The position numbers and the translations under genes are program-made. From NCBI GenBank assembly GCA_002269645.1, contig NIVC01000261.1, forward strand, positions 1 to 64,000: DNA of 64,000 bases, read 5' to 3'. A model generated the notes under the pieces. It was given only the letters and a program-made list of their open reading frames with translations, had not been told where the DNA came from and did not search any database. This DNA comes from Macrostomum lignano. Its lineage: Eukaryota. How positions within the stretch are numbered: the stretch's first letter is position 1; each line of letters starts with the position of its first letter. Positions 50,040 to 63,779 of this stretch are shown in pieces.

Positions 50040-53000
50040 AGGAAACAAACTGGAAGATCACCATAACTAGATATGCTTGTATTATTATAGTCACAAATAT
50101 TTATGTAGGCCTTTACAAATCTTAACTTTTTGAGATTTTGAAACTAAGTTTGAGATTGAAAAAAGTGGCAAGATCTTGATGATTATGATTGAGATCTTGT
50201 CTGACCCTTAGCTTGCCTTGAATTTTAATTTGATTTCATTATAACTATTAACAAGTTTTTCTTTGAGTATGACTTCAGATTTAAAAATGTATGCAAAAAA
50301 TAGTTCAAGGGATTAAAATACAGCAGGTTTAAAATCTAGCATTCTTTTGTCTTATAATACCCTTAGCCCAATTGATTATTTGTGTCAATTTTGTTACACA
50401 ATACCCAATGGAGAATAGTAAGAATTGAAACAGATGTAGCCAATTGCAAAAGCCTACTTGTAGCTTACTAGAGCACAATCCTTATATTCACTTTATATTT
50501 ACAATACCCTAAATAGACAATTTGTTAATAATGTATTTTAAAATGAAAGTGAAGGGGTATCAACTTAGGATTTCATATGCTAATGAATAGGTCCTAGTTC
50601 ATTTACTATTTATTTTTGCAGGTCTCTTATGACAATGTATTAGATCTAGTCTGAGGCTAAGATCTTTGCTGCTTTCTTTTAGGACCTGTAACTATTCATT
50701 CTAACAACCATTTCTTTAATATTGATTGGGACTAGGGGTCCCTGGGATCCCAAGATCCCAGGATCCTGGCGCTTTGTTAGTGTTCAGGATCCCAGGATTA
50801 GGGGTCCAGGATCCCAGTAAACATGGGATTGGAATTCACACTACAGAAGTAAATATTTTTTTTTGTTTTGGAGTTAGCAATTAACAGTTTTGAGAGAATT
50901 ATTGCATCCTAAGAATGAAGTTATTGAGGTTATAGAATGAATGACAGTAAGAGTATCAATTAACTGTATCAAGCACTATGTACTAGCTAGTTACTAGACT
51001 AAGGGTCTAGTCTAGACTAGCCTAACTGTCTAAGTGGCAATGGCCTAGACACTGGGCCTACTGGCCCAGGCCCCACCGCAGGATGCAGGTGCTGACTGCC
51101 ATAGTGCCAATGCCATGTAATATAAGCAACAATACTGACAATTTGCAATTCATTCATGGCTATTTGTGCTGTTGCAACAACCCCAATTTGTGTATGCTCA
51201 CAATTTTTACAATTGAGCTGTCACCTCTCACTGTCACTTGCCATAGTTGCTAGTTTTTTATATCACAGAAACAGTGCAGTTGCAAATTTCTATTACTGCT
51301 GCTGGTACTTGTGTTGCATTGCATGATTTGCGATGGAAATACTCGTATATTGCATTGGTGGAAGGGATATGAGAATTTTACAAGGAATAAGTGACTGAGG
51401 ATAAGTGAAATGAAATGAAATAAATTTATTTATTTTATCAATGCAGTAAATATAGAAAGTAGAAACCCAAATGATGCTCAAATAAGTTGAGAAATTTGTT
51501 CTATGGACAATAGAAAACTTCCCATAAATTTTTTGTTTAATCCTAGGATTGTAGCAAAAACAATCCCAGGATCCAAGGGGATTTGGGACCCCTAATTAGG
51601 ATTATGCCTAGATAGGAAACTGAAAGTTTGGCTCAACTTTTTGGACTTAACATTTCTGTCCTCACTTTTGTAATACAATACCCTCAATGTCTATCTCTAA
51701 TTATAGGCATTGTTAAACAAAAGTAAATTCTATAAACCTTAGTCTTTACTACCATGATATAACCTCTGGTTTTTTTAATTTTAAGACTTCTGTTTCTTTA
51801 CATTCCTTACTATTTTCCATTGGGTGTCATATAACAAATTTGATGCAAAATGTAGGTTGTAAGATAAAAAAATGCCCAAAATCTATGGGTTTCAATAGCT
51901 TGTTTCCTGGAATTAAATTGGTATAATTAGGCATAAGATTAATAAAATTTGTCAAAATGGCATAAACTAGTGCAAAGAATTAGTAAATTAATGAACCCTA
52001 TTGGAATAAGTTGCAAAATGGTGGATGGCCCTCTGGCACATTTTTACAAAATGACCCTGCGGCACGGCGCATTTTCAGTAAGGCAATACTTAATGCAATT
52101 CGGTGCAACACGGCTTGGCACAGTGCAGCGCAGCTCAGTATGGTGCAATGTGGCTTGGCATGGTGCAGCGCAGCATGGTACAGCATGACATAGAAACAAA
52201 GTTGTGACTTGTGTTTTTTTGAAAAAAAATGGTAAACAGTAAACAATGACCACTTGTGTTGCAACTTTTAAAGTGACCCCTTGATCATACATGCGCTACC
52301 TCCAAAATTTGGTTGGCTGTGTGACTTAGTTTTAACAAAAATGTGACTTGCATGTAAAAAAACTGTAAAGCAAAATTAATGAAACTTTGGGTAAATGGCA
52401 GAAGTAACTATGACTCTCTTATTAAGCCAAAATGCCTCGTCAGCTACTTAGTACTACCACTTGGGTGTTTTTTGGGTGGGCATTTTTGTGACTTTCTTAG
52501 TTGGTCGCCAAATCAGTCGGCCAGATCGGCCAACTCAGCCGACTGTTGCGCATGTATGCCCTTGATGCAGCCCATGTACTTTAGACAGTGACCCCTTGAT
52601 ACAACCTATTTACCTCAGAGAGTGACCCAAGGAGATGTACATTTGTAGTTATTATAGGGCCTAGGCCTAGAAGCATAATGAGGAGGGTATCAGTGTATTG
52701 GCCAATACCCCCAAATTTCCAAAGCAAAAAGTTTTTTCAGTTGCAAGTTATCATTTAAAAAGTGAAAGCTATCTGAATTGATAGAATAACAATTAACAAA
52801 CAAATATAGTGATAATATGTAATAATATCACTAATATGCACTAGAAATATATAAAGTGGATCTCAAGTCTTTGATTTTTTTGTATTCATATAACTTGGTC
52901 TTTGGATAACTATCAACTCACTCACCCAACTGACCAACTATTTAGGGGTGAAGGGGGTAAGTGGATAACTGAAATGTGGTACTAGGGCATGGGTAGTCAG

Positions 53001-53363
53001 CTAGTGGAATTAGTGATAGACAATGGAGGTGGGTGCCTAGCCAGTTTTCGCTGCAAAATTCATTAGCTTCTGATTTGTTTGAAAGAAGTCTGTCTAGAAT
53101 TAACTATAAAATAAAATTCAGGGGGTTAGTACATTACATACAGAGAACTAGTAGGAAGAAAGGAGCTAAATGAGCAATCTACAAGTTATACATTAAGGAA
53201 GACTAAGAGTATCTGTCTGCTGTCCTCACCACCCAAGGAAGGGAAATGAATAAGGAAATAATTAACTATAACCTCTTCCAAGTCATTTATAATTAATTCT
53301 AAGGCAGATTTTTTATTTCTAGATTGCTACTAAAATCTGCAAAGAGTTCATGTGAAATTCAAA

Positions 53364-55500
53364 ATGAGCAAACAAAAATCTCATGGTCATGATATCTGCT
53401 CATTATTTGAGAACTTAAAGCAGTCTTGCCCAAACCCTGATCTTGCGCAACTGTCTAAACCTAGTTCCAGCACTACATAGCCAGTCATCTATTGTGTCTT
53501 GTGACATTGCTACTGACAGTTAGCCAGACTTGGCTACTCCAAATTCAGTTCCAACAGCTCTCGAGCAACAACTGCCTACAATTACTTCTTCAAGTCAGTT
53601 TGACAAGTCTGAACTCTAACATCAAGCAGATGAAACAGCTGCTGAGATCAATGTCAATGACATTGGCTATGTTGTTGAACTTTGTCACAATGGAAAGCTG
53701 GATACAACTATTTGACTGCAATTGCTTAAGGACTATTGGGTGCCCCCTCCAAGGTACTCATTCCCATTCTTGCTTAAATCTAATAAGGGCAATGTCCACA
53801 AGCACTACTTGTCTCACCAATATATCTAACTGGTTGTAACACATGCTTTGAGTATTCTGCTAAGCTCAGCAGTGCATTTTGCAAGTGATTTTGAAGTTAA
53901 TGAGGTTATTGACATATATTGCTAAATCCTACTCTTGCTATCTAGATCTAGTCTTGACGAGATACTTACTTTTTCCATTCCAACCATTTCTTTCTCCTTT
54001 AGGTATTGCGTTCTTTTTCTTTTGATTAACTTTGCCATCCATGGACAAAAAGTTGATGAATTTGTGAGAACTCCATGCACTAAGTTCAATGTGATCACAA
54101 CAAAGCTGAAGAAGCATTTGCAATGTGACTATCACAGAAGTGACTGTGATCAAAGTTGATGCCCTGTTATCTGGAATGAATGTTGGCCACATGCTGGATA
54201 TCAGTTGCACAAAGCTAGTGAAAGAAAATAGGGAAAGACTAAAACATGTAATTGAACCAATTGAATTTCTTGCTTATTGTAGTCTAGTTTTTCAAGGACA
54301 TTGTGACTGTGGACTTATAAAAGTTCATTTAGATGGAACTATTGACTATGACAAAGGGAACTTGGTTGTACTTCTAAAGCTTCTTGCAAAACATGATCCT
54401 GTTCTATGTAATCACCTTTGTACTGGACCATCAAATGCCAAATACACTTCCAGTGAATCACAGAATGAAATAATTCAGGCTCTGTCTAATGTTATCACCC
54501 AAAATTTAGTTAAAAAATCAACAAAGCAGGCTACTTTGTGCTGCTTGCAGATGAGACTATAGATTCTTTATACAAAGAACAAATATCCATCTATGTTAGG
54601 TACTTCAACATCAATGGTGGAAGTGTAGTTATTAACAAACAGTCCATATGCTTTGTTCATATTGAAGATCTGACTGACTGGTATTGGGCTTGCAAAGCTT
54701 CTTGAGACACTTGATTCTCTCCATATTATAGCATAACTTGTTACTCAAGGCTATGATAGACCTTCAACCATGCCTGGCAAGTTCAATGACATTCAGGCAG
54801 TGATTTGCAAGTACTGGGAAAAAAAAACTAGCAATCTATATGCACTGTGCTGCACATGATCTAAACATATCTTTCCAGGATGCTTATAAGCTAGATTTAG
54901 TTTTAAGCTACTATTACTGCCATTATTATAGTCACAGTTTTATTTGCTGATTGCCACAAAAATAGCTCTGCTTGAAAAAATCTAAGAGTTGGTTCCAAAG
55001 TTATCTATGCATCAACTTTTATAGAACTGCAAGACCAGATGGGTTGAAAAGTAGGAGGCTTTCATCCAATTCAACCTGCTCTTACCACCAAACATTGAAG
55101 CTCTATAGGAGATCAGCACATGGGTAGGAAAGGCAGGCAACAATGCTCAAAACAACCTTAAACTTTTACTAGGCCCAACTAGACAACAAATATTTTAATT
55201 ATTTCAGGCCACATTATCAATGCTATTCTTAATATCACAAAGCCATTATCAAAAAAAAATTTTAATATGTAGATCTCAATCTTGTTGATTGTGTCAATAA
55301 AATTAAGGCTGTCATTGCTATCATTGATGTTCTTCAAGATCTCTTCTCTGATAATAGCCAAGTCTATTTCAATAAGATATTCAATTCTGCTAAGAAAGCA
55401 TTCGGTGAGCCACTATAAAAGCCTCAAACCAATGCCAGGTCAGGTGTCAATGGAAGCATTGTACTAACCCTGGTGTCTCCATGGGACATGATTATCTGTA
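53364..55500 (+). mobile_element. Degenerate hAT transposase (ZMYM1-like/DUF4371 type), many stops and frameshifts
   Basis: Recognisable motifs are WVPPPRYSFP, ENRERLKHVI..FQGH..KGNLVVLLKLLAKHDPVL..NAKYTSSESQNEII, ADETID..KEQISIYVRYF, HCAAHDLN and CKTRWVE. A possible right TIR CTGGCTACGCCCCTG lies at ~55958-55972. Confidence 0.85.
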
Positions 55501-57569
55501 AGTAACTAATTTAAACTTTTAGTTGTCAAGTCTTAATATAATAAGCCTAGAATTAGTATGAGTAATATATATTTAGCAACATTAAAGTCACCACCTTTGA
55601 GAGTGAGGAGTAAATTCTAGCTCAGTATTGCCTTTTGAGTGATGCAACTTGCAATATGAGAGTTGCAGAGTTGGGCTAGCTGAGGAGAGATTGGGAAGAG
55701 CAAAAAGCAAAGATTAGATACATTGAAAACCCAGTTTTCATAGTTTTTTTTTCAAGCATTTTTAATATCAAGATGGTTGACACAAGGTAATGGGTGCTGG
55801 TCGAAAGACACTGCTCACTGGGGCAAAGGATGGCTGGATGGCAAATTCATTTAATATTACTGATTACTGAGTACTATATAGGCCTAACTAATCAAATTAG
55901 CCTAGTAGAGTAGATTCATTAATCATTAATTCATTAATCATCACCCCCAAAAAATTCCTGGCTACGCCCCTGCCTAGGCCCTCGTTCAATTACTTCGGCA
56001 ATTTAGGCACTGCATGTTAGGAACTTTTTTAATTTCTGGTTTCTTGTAAAACGTACTTATAAGAAATGGTGAAAGTAAAACAAAGTACATAAAACGCTTG
56101 TACACTTATAAATAATTAGTGAAATATATTACTGTTAATTAGTAAAAACAAAACAAGACATATTTTTCTTCTATAAGGCATGATTTTTGTATCTCACGAA
56201 TGTTCTAGAAAAAAAGCTTTCTGCTTGTTTGTTTTATAAACTCTGACGTATACGACCATACGTAATTAGGACAAAATTGATCCTGAGGCTTTTCACATTA
56301 CTGCCTACCCAATTTCAAAAACAGACTGGCTTTGGATCTTCCAAGAAAAAAGCATTGTAGGATTGTTTTTTAACTTTATTGAATGTTTGCATGCCCGAAC
56401 AGCCTCACTTTGCACAATTTTTCACTCCTTGGCTATTGCCATTCAATAATTTGAATTTACAAATTGGATCTGGTTCTAAAACCAGAATAATTAAAATAAA
56501 AGGCCCAGTAATGATAGTGATACTACTATAATGTGCAAGCTATAAAGTGATGTCAGTAAAACAATTTACTTCAATCATAAGTCATAAATGAATGAATCTT
56601 AGCATTTAATCAATACAAAAAGCAATAAAATATTTGTTTTGGTTATTAGAGTAGTAACTAGTAAGCAGGGATAATAGCATCGACATTAGTATGCAATGCA
56701 ACCCCAATGGCCTAATTATCATATAATATGCATCATAAGATTGCTATAGCCTATAGGTCTATTTGTTTTATTTTAGCTAAAAGGCCTAGGCCTATAAGAA
56801 TTTTCGGAAATAAAAAATTGTATAACAAGTTTAGTAAGCAATAGTGTTAATGGTATCAATAGAAAGAAAGTGTCAATAATAAATGATCAAATTATTGCCT
56901 GGACTAGGCTAGGCCTTTTAGCTAGCCTAGCTTTAGTTAGCTTTGATATTTAAAATAGGCCTACTGGATTCTAGTAGATTTGATTTAGTATAATATGTAG
57001 CTTAATTAATAATTGTCTAAGACTAAGAGCTTATTATAATTTGTATTAGGAAATGTAGGCCCTAGTCATTTGAATATACCTTAACACACTGGTTTAACAT
57101 TGTGATATATCTATAATGATAATTAATAGATTAAATTTTATTTAACTTTTTAATCTATTTACTTTTTTTTCTTTTTAATAGTTACTTATATTTTCTCATT
57201 AATTCAAGCTTTGGCACCTTGGCAATTCCTTACAAAGTTTAATATCTTAGCAGTAACTTGTAAGGCAAAATCTTTTGACTATTAGTTTTTTAAACCTAAA
57301 GCAGATTTTTATTTAATATTTGACCTTGTATGCTTCTATTGGGTTGTAATAAAAGGTTTGAGCATTTATGTAGTCAAACTTTAAATTCAGTTTTCTAGTC
57401 CCATAATACTAATAGTTTTTAGTCTAGGATATAATCACTATCCTAATAAATGATCTTTTGCCATCATAGGATCAAAAACTATTATATTACCCAAAATAGC
57501 ATTCCCAATCTGGCAATAAGATTCTAGATGCCTTTCTTAAAGAACTAAGGCAATAGTGACTTAAAGTAT

Positions 57570-58420
57570 TGCTCAAGCAAAGCTGTCATCTCCTTAGCCT
57601 ATCTAGAGGCTATCAAGCAAGTATGGAGAGTGAGGCATGACTTCCCAGCTCAGCTCAAGCAGCTTCTACAGTGTCTTCTTCACCACATAAGGTTGGGAAT
57701 TGTCGTGAAAAAATCAAATTTTTGCACCAGCACCCTGCTGCTTTGACAATAGCCTAGGCCTAGTATAGTCTATCTAGCTGTTTATAATAGACTTTGGCAG
57801 TGATGCTGGTATTATAGGCAAGAGCTCCCAATGGACAATTTGACTGGAATTCTACCAGATACACAACATGAGTACATGACTTTCTTTTGGTTTGGATCAG
57901 GTTTGGGTATTGGTTGTGGCTAATCTCCCATGCCAAGCCATTGGCGCTTGTGTGTATAGTTGAAATTGGCCATCCACTTCTCATTACCAATCACTAGGCT
58001 ATCAAGCCATCCTGGGTTGTGGCAATAGGATAAGAGTTGGGTGCATGTATATGATAATATGTTGATCCTTATTCTCATGTGAAAGTTTATGAGGAACCCA
58101 TTGACCAAGCTTGTGCACTTTGCTGAGTTGATGAAAGTAGCAGTCAATGGTCATGGTAGAGACCTTGAAGTACTCTGCCATTTCATGTATTGTAAGATTT
58201 GGCTTAGCTTTAACAAGTAAGGCAAGCTGCTATATATCAAGCTTAGGTGGGTGACTAGAGTGTTCCTTGTCTTCAAGTTATTCCTCACCCTTCTTGAACT
58301 CCGCAAACCAGGCATAGCAATATTGCTCACTCAGATAGTCCTCGCCATATGCCTAAGATAACTTGCAATATGCCTTAGCTACTGAGTTGCCTAGCTTGAA
58401 GTAGAAAAGTAAATATGCTT
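57570..58420 (-). mobile_element. Degenerate mariner-family transposase
   Basis: Minus-strand fragments are YGEDYLSEQYCYAWFAEFKKGEE*LEDKEHSSHP (HTH, cf. LED..RSGRP), WLDSLVIGNEKW (cf. I.TGDEKW) and FHDNSQPYVVKKTL*KLLELSWEVMPHSPY (cf. HDNARPH..LGWEVLPHPPYSPDL). Confidence 0.85.
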
Positions 58421-60269
58421 AAATGAAGTAATGTTGATCATGTTATTGCATAGCCATTGTAGGTGAAGGTTGATCATAACCAAGTCAATATGGTAGTGCA
58501 CACTGGTTACTCTTATATAGCCCCATAGAACATTCTAGAAATTTCTTTAGAGAAAGTTCTAGAAGTTTAAAGAAAACACTTGAACTTTTTTACAACCCAA
58601 TATCAAATAAAGATAAACTAATTTAATGTTATTGATCCTATGCAACAATCTAATATTAGCTATATTAGCCAACAATTCAAATATAAGAATAGGAATTAAT
58701 TCAAATAGGCTTTTTAACATAGTTCATTGAAAATTAAACTATTTAACTTTAGCCTATTATAGTCTATCTCAGTCTATCAAAGTATAAGATAAAAATATAA
58801 ACTATTTCTTAATACTAACAATAAAATATCATTCAAGATTCCTATGACACTCTAGTTTATTATATAAACTATAACTTATATGCCAACTATAGTGGTAACA
58901 TTAGAGAAATGAAGGATGCCTAAATATCTAAAAGTCCATTGATACTTGGTCTAACAAATAGGATCTAGGTGTGGTAACAGTTTAAAGTGCAAGTCAAGAA
59001 TAATAGTCATTGTTGCTTGATTTATAGGGCTTAGGCAATTAAGCAAAATTCTATGTAGTAACTTCTATTGTGTTTCTTTCATATATTGATAGCTTGATAG
59101 GCTTGATAGTCTTGATAGTTAGGTGTGGCTCCTTGAATACACCACAGGGAGGTTTCAGCATATATCTGCCAAGGATACGAAACCTTTTTTAGTTAAGGAG
59201 GCAAATTTTTTTACCAAAAAATACACTACAGAGATGAGTTTTTCACTTTTTTATACAAAAATTACTTTCAATAGGAGACAGGCTTAGTGTTCATCTTTAG
59301 ATATAAAAAAGAACCATATTTATAAAAAGTTTTTTTCAATTTGGATTCTATGTATTTTTTTTTCATTCTATATATAGTTCCTATGTTCAAAATCATAAAA
59401 AATGCCTTGACAGCTTAAATCCAAGTCTGCAAGTCTGCAACTTTGCAAGTAAACATAAACCAAAATTTTAATTCAGCTCTAAATTAATGCGTTTGCACTT
59501 AGAAGTAAGCTTGCATTATTAACATGGAACAAAAGTAATTTCAAGACTTATTATTATTAGTTTGAAACTTTGAATAACCTATTGACAAGAAATTTGTATA
59601 TTTAGCATTTTATTTGATTTTGAACTTTTGGTTACTATTAGAATAGCTAGCATCTTGGTTCTTAATTTAGCAACTTGAGTTTGCACCCAGTAGGCCAAAT
59701 GGAACTATAATTTTGAAATCAAACAACCAGATAGTGCTTATAGATTTAGCTGACTGAGACCTTTTTATCCCTATAAATGAAATTATTGCAGTTTCTTAAT
59801 ACCTATGTTTTTATACATATACATATATAATTTTTGTATTTTAAATAGTCACTATGATTATTTTACTTAGTTTAATTTTGTGAATCTTTCATTAGCTGCT
59901 AATTAATTTTTAATTGCTTCAACAACCAAAAATGTTTGGCTTCCATTTTCTTGTTTTTATTCAATTATTAAACATATTTTGTTTAATTTATTATCATTTT
60001 TCCTATTGTTTACTACTATTAGTAAAGTATCAAGAAAATTCAGTAGTAGAAGTTGTATTTGCTATTTTTAATTTATTGATAAATATTCTGCCAGAGCTAG
60101 TTTGAGCCTCATCTTTTTTTGGACAGAGACAATGTTTTTGTTTGAAACAACAGAGTCCCTTGATCTGGGGGCAGTGTATGCGGAGCCTGGCCATGCTGTC
60201 TCTGTCAGTGATGTGGGCTCGTTGCTGGGGTTGGATGGTTTGAGCCAATGCTGCAGTCAACATCATGCC

Positions 60270-62735
60270 ATGCAATTTCAGGAAGCAGTGCTGCTTGCCT
60301 CAGAGGCTGAAGGCTTTGTCCAGAGCCTCCAGTCGCTAGAGCTGACTCGTATAGGCGATCCCCAATGGCAGAGGCAGCATCAGTACATTGAAAAGCTTAA
60401 TATGCAGGCTGTCCTGTCAGTTGCTAAGCAGCAAGATGAGTTCGTGCCCGAATTCGTGGTCAATCACGGCAAATTGGAGACACTGATGCACGACCTGCTT
60501 GTAACTGAAGTTTGGAAAGAGAAAATATTTCCATTGATGATTTCTAATAGCGACTTCAAGCCGCAGGTGACCTTTCCTATCTATCTGGTGCTCTATCATG
60601 AAGCTACAGTGCTGAATTTGTTGGAGACGCTGAGCTTTCATTCGGATGTTGTTGAGAGTCTTGGCGAAGTTGCTTTAGACTTGATTGATTATTGTCACAG
60701 GAAGCTGGTTAAACTGACACAGTCAGGCAGCATGCTGGAAGATGGGCTGCTGTCAGTTAGAAGTAAAACTAACAGCGGTCTGTCAGGTGAGGCAGAGTCT
60801 GCAGACTCCACAAAGTCCAGCCTATCTGAGCTTGAGCAGCAGAGACGCAGTCTAGAATTTGAATTGGCATTGAAATGTGTCACAGTGTCCAGCAACTTGC
60901 TGACTAACTCCAAGTCTTTGTCTTTGTCAGCTCTGACTCGGGCACTGAATGTGCACGACTATCCGCTGCTGTTTGCCAGTCTGATCGAATTGCGTCCTTG
61001 GAAACTGCGGCATCCGTCTACTGGGCAGTGCTATCAGTACGTTGACAATGGTTGGCAGACTGTTGACCAGGCGGAGTTCAACAGTGGAATTGTCAAATTA
61101 GAAGGCTGCGTTTGGTTAGCCCTGTACGAGATGCTTACTAACTCAGAGTGTCAGCGTAAATATGAGATGACTAATTATCGAAAGAATTTCTTATTGAAGC
61201 TTCGTTCGCATCTGCACGAGACTGTTCTGGATCAGTTGTCCTTTCTAGTGCCGCTAAGGCAAGGCTTGGAGCATATGGCTCTGTTGGAGCCCGCGCCTTA
61301 TAAGAAAGAATTGTTGCTGGAACAGCTGCCTGAAGTCAGGGCTTCTATTCTTAACAAGTATCAAGGTTAGTGCTGCTGGTTTCATCTACTCATTTCCAGA
61401 GCACATTTGATTTCAAGTAAAAAGTGTCGGCATTTCTGCCGGAATAAATAATGTAACTCCGGTAATAAATTAGAAATGGGAAAAATCGCCTTCAATTCCC
61501 TAACATAAATGGTAAAAATCGCCTTTAACTCCCCACAAAAAAATAGGAAAAATCGCCCTCAATTCCCGCCAAAAATTGGAAAAATCGCCTTTAATTCCCC
61601 ACCAAAAATGGAAAAAATCGCCTTCAATTCCCCACCAAAAATGGGAAAATCGCCCTCAATTCCCCGCCAAAAATTGGAAAAACTGCCTTCAATTCCCCAC
61701 AAAAAAAGGAAAAAATCGCCCTCAATTCCCCACCCAAATTCCCGCCCATCGCCCAAAATGGAAAAAATCGCCTTCAATTCCCCACAAAAAATGGAAAAAA
61801 TCGCCTTCAATTCCCCAAAAAAATGGAAAAAATCGCCCTCAATTCCCCACAAAAAATGGAAAAAATCGCCTTCAATTCCCCACTAAAAATGGGAAAATCG
61901 CCTTCAATTCCCCACCATAAATGGGAAAAATCGCCTTCAATTCCCCACTAAAAATGGAAAAATCGCCTTCAATTCCCCACCATAAATGGGAAAAATCGCC
62001 TTCAATTCCCCACCAAAAATGGAAAAAATCGCCTTCAATTCCCCACTAAAAATGGGAAAATCGCCTTCAATTCCCCACCAAAAATGGAAAAAATCGCCTT
62101 CAATTCCCACCAACAACGTAAAAAATGGCCTTCAATTTCTTACAAAAGTGGGGAAATCGCCTTCAATTCCCCACCAAAATGTAGAAAAAATCGTCTTTAA
62201 TTCCCCACCAAAATGTAGAAAAAACACCTTTGATTCCCCACAAAAAATGGGGGATAAAGCCTTCAATTCCCCACCAAACATGGAAAAAATCGCCTTCAAT
62301 TCCCCACTAAAAATGGGAAAAATCGCCTTCAATTCCCCACCAAAAATGGGAAAATCGCCTTCAATTCCCCACCATAAATGGGAAAAATCGCCTTCAATTC
62401 CCCAACCCCCAGACAAATGGCCCGACATCGCCCGCATCCAGATGGGCACAGTGTTCAACATCAGCGCGGCAGATTTCAAATCCCAAGCCGCCCTCTGGTC
62501 GGACACTTACAATCTGGATGTACTTGAAGCCATGCTGGCTGAGCCGCCAAAATGCGCCGCCTGCGGCGCCCCAGCTGTTAAACGCTGCTCGCGCTGTCAG
62601 AACGAATGGTACTGCCGAAGAGAGTGCCAAGTGGGGCACTGGACTAAGCATAAGCCGGCGTGCGACTTGATGCTGGTGGTTCCTCAGAATAAGCCCAACA
62701 CTGGAGCCATCGTTGAGGAAGTTAAATCTGATTAA
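60270..62735 (+). CDS. ZMYND10: Zinc finger MYND domain-containing protein 10 (BLU), dynein-arm assembly factor, ~472 aa
   Basis: Exon 1 is 60270-61365 and exon 2 is 62413-62735 (phase 1, GT-AG). Motifs WQRQHQYIEKLNMQA, FKPQVTFPIYLVLYHEA, LDLIDYCHRKL and MYND finger CAACGAPAVKRCSRCQNEWYCRRECQVGHWTKHKPAC match known ZMYND10. The start was chosen by alignment to the known N-terminus; an in-frame ATG also exists at 60132. Confidence 0.93.
61475..62405. repeat. ~33-bp minisatellite (AAAAATCGCCTTCAATTCCCCACCAAAAATGG) filling the ZMYND10 intron
   Basis: A period of 33 was read directly and the array abuts the acceptor. Confidence 0.93.
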
Positions 62736-63083
62736 CGCCGGTTTTTTAACTACAGACTTTTTTAATTGCTTAATTTTCATTCACCCTACTTATTGTTCAA
62801 TAGTTTACACGCGTTTGCCTATAATAATCCGTCCTGTTTTTTTGTTTTCTTTACTTTCCTATCATTCCATTTTAGCTGTGAAGTTTTTTTTAATAAAAAA
62901 GTACTTTTCAATACGTGTTCTATTAGTTATGTCACTGAAGTTTATACGAACATTATTAAAAGTTATAGTTAAATATTTGTTGAAACAACAAGCAAGCTTT
63001 TCGCTGTTCTGTAATTTTGTGAATGCTTACTTCTAAGCCATGTAACTTCGTTCCTTAATATAAATAAAACGTGTGATTTAACC

Positions 63084-63465
63084 AATCCTCAGAATCGCCC
63101 CCACCAGCCATCAATAAGAATCGCCCCCACCAGGCATCAATAAGAATCGCCCCTCAGCCATCAATAAGAATCGCCCCTCAGCCATCAATAAGAATCGCCC
63201 CTCAGCCATCAATAAGAATCGCCAGTCAGCCATCAATAAGAATCGCCCCTCAGCCATCAATAAGAATCGCCCCTCAACCATCAATAAGAATCGCCAGTCA
63301 GCCATCAATAAGAATCGCTCCTCAGCCATCAATAAGAATCGCCCCTCAGCCATCAATAAGAATCGCCCCTCAGCCATCAATAAGAATCGCCCCTCGGCCA
63401 TCAATAAGAATCGCCCCTCAGCCATCAATAAGAATCGCCCCTCAGCCATCAGTAAGAAGCGCCTC
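63084..63465. repeat. 24-bp minisatellite (CAGCCATCAATAAGAATCGCCCCT), ~15 copies
   Basis: Direct reading. It explains the MAEGRFLL ORF. Confidence 0.93.
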
Positions 63466-63517
63466 AGCCATTAGTATTATCATTCCTGATAAAAATCGAT
63501 TGATAAACGCATTCCAG

Positions 63518-63658
63518 CCTCCATCAGAGCGGCAAGCATCGATATGCACCAAGCCGACGACAGTGACAGCTTGAAGTCCACCGACTGGCGGATGGACAAG
63601 CGACGCAAAGAGAAGGAGCGACGACGTGAGCGTCACAGAGCAGCCGTTCGATTAAAAG
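63518..63658 (+). CDS. Candidate coding exon of a downstream gene (basic/acidic helix MHQADDSDSLKSTDWRMDKRRKEKERRRERHRAAVRLK)
   Basis: TTCCAG acceptor at 63512-63517, GC-rich open frame, ATG at 63544, weak donor GTTTTG at 63659. It is not in the ORF track and no family was recognised. Confidence 0.4.
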
Positions 63659-63779
63659 GTTTTGTCATTTTCACTTGTTTTGGATATGTTTTTGCATTTC
63701 TACTTTAAGTAGCTGAAGTAAGATATGGTTCAAATTTATTTGGTTTTTTAGGCTAATAAGTTTTCTGAAGCGGTGATAC

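Noticed and set aside
61509-62400. Lys-rich ORFs, including the N-terminal 142 aa of ORF 61986-62735
   Set aside because: These are the intronic 33-bp repeat. The real exon starts at the AG at 62411-62412.
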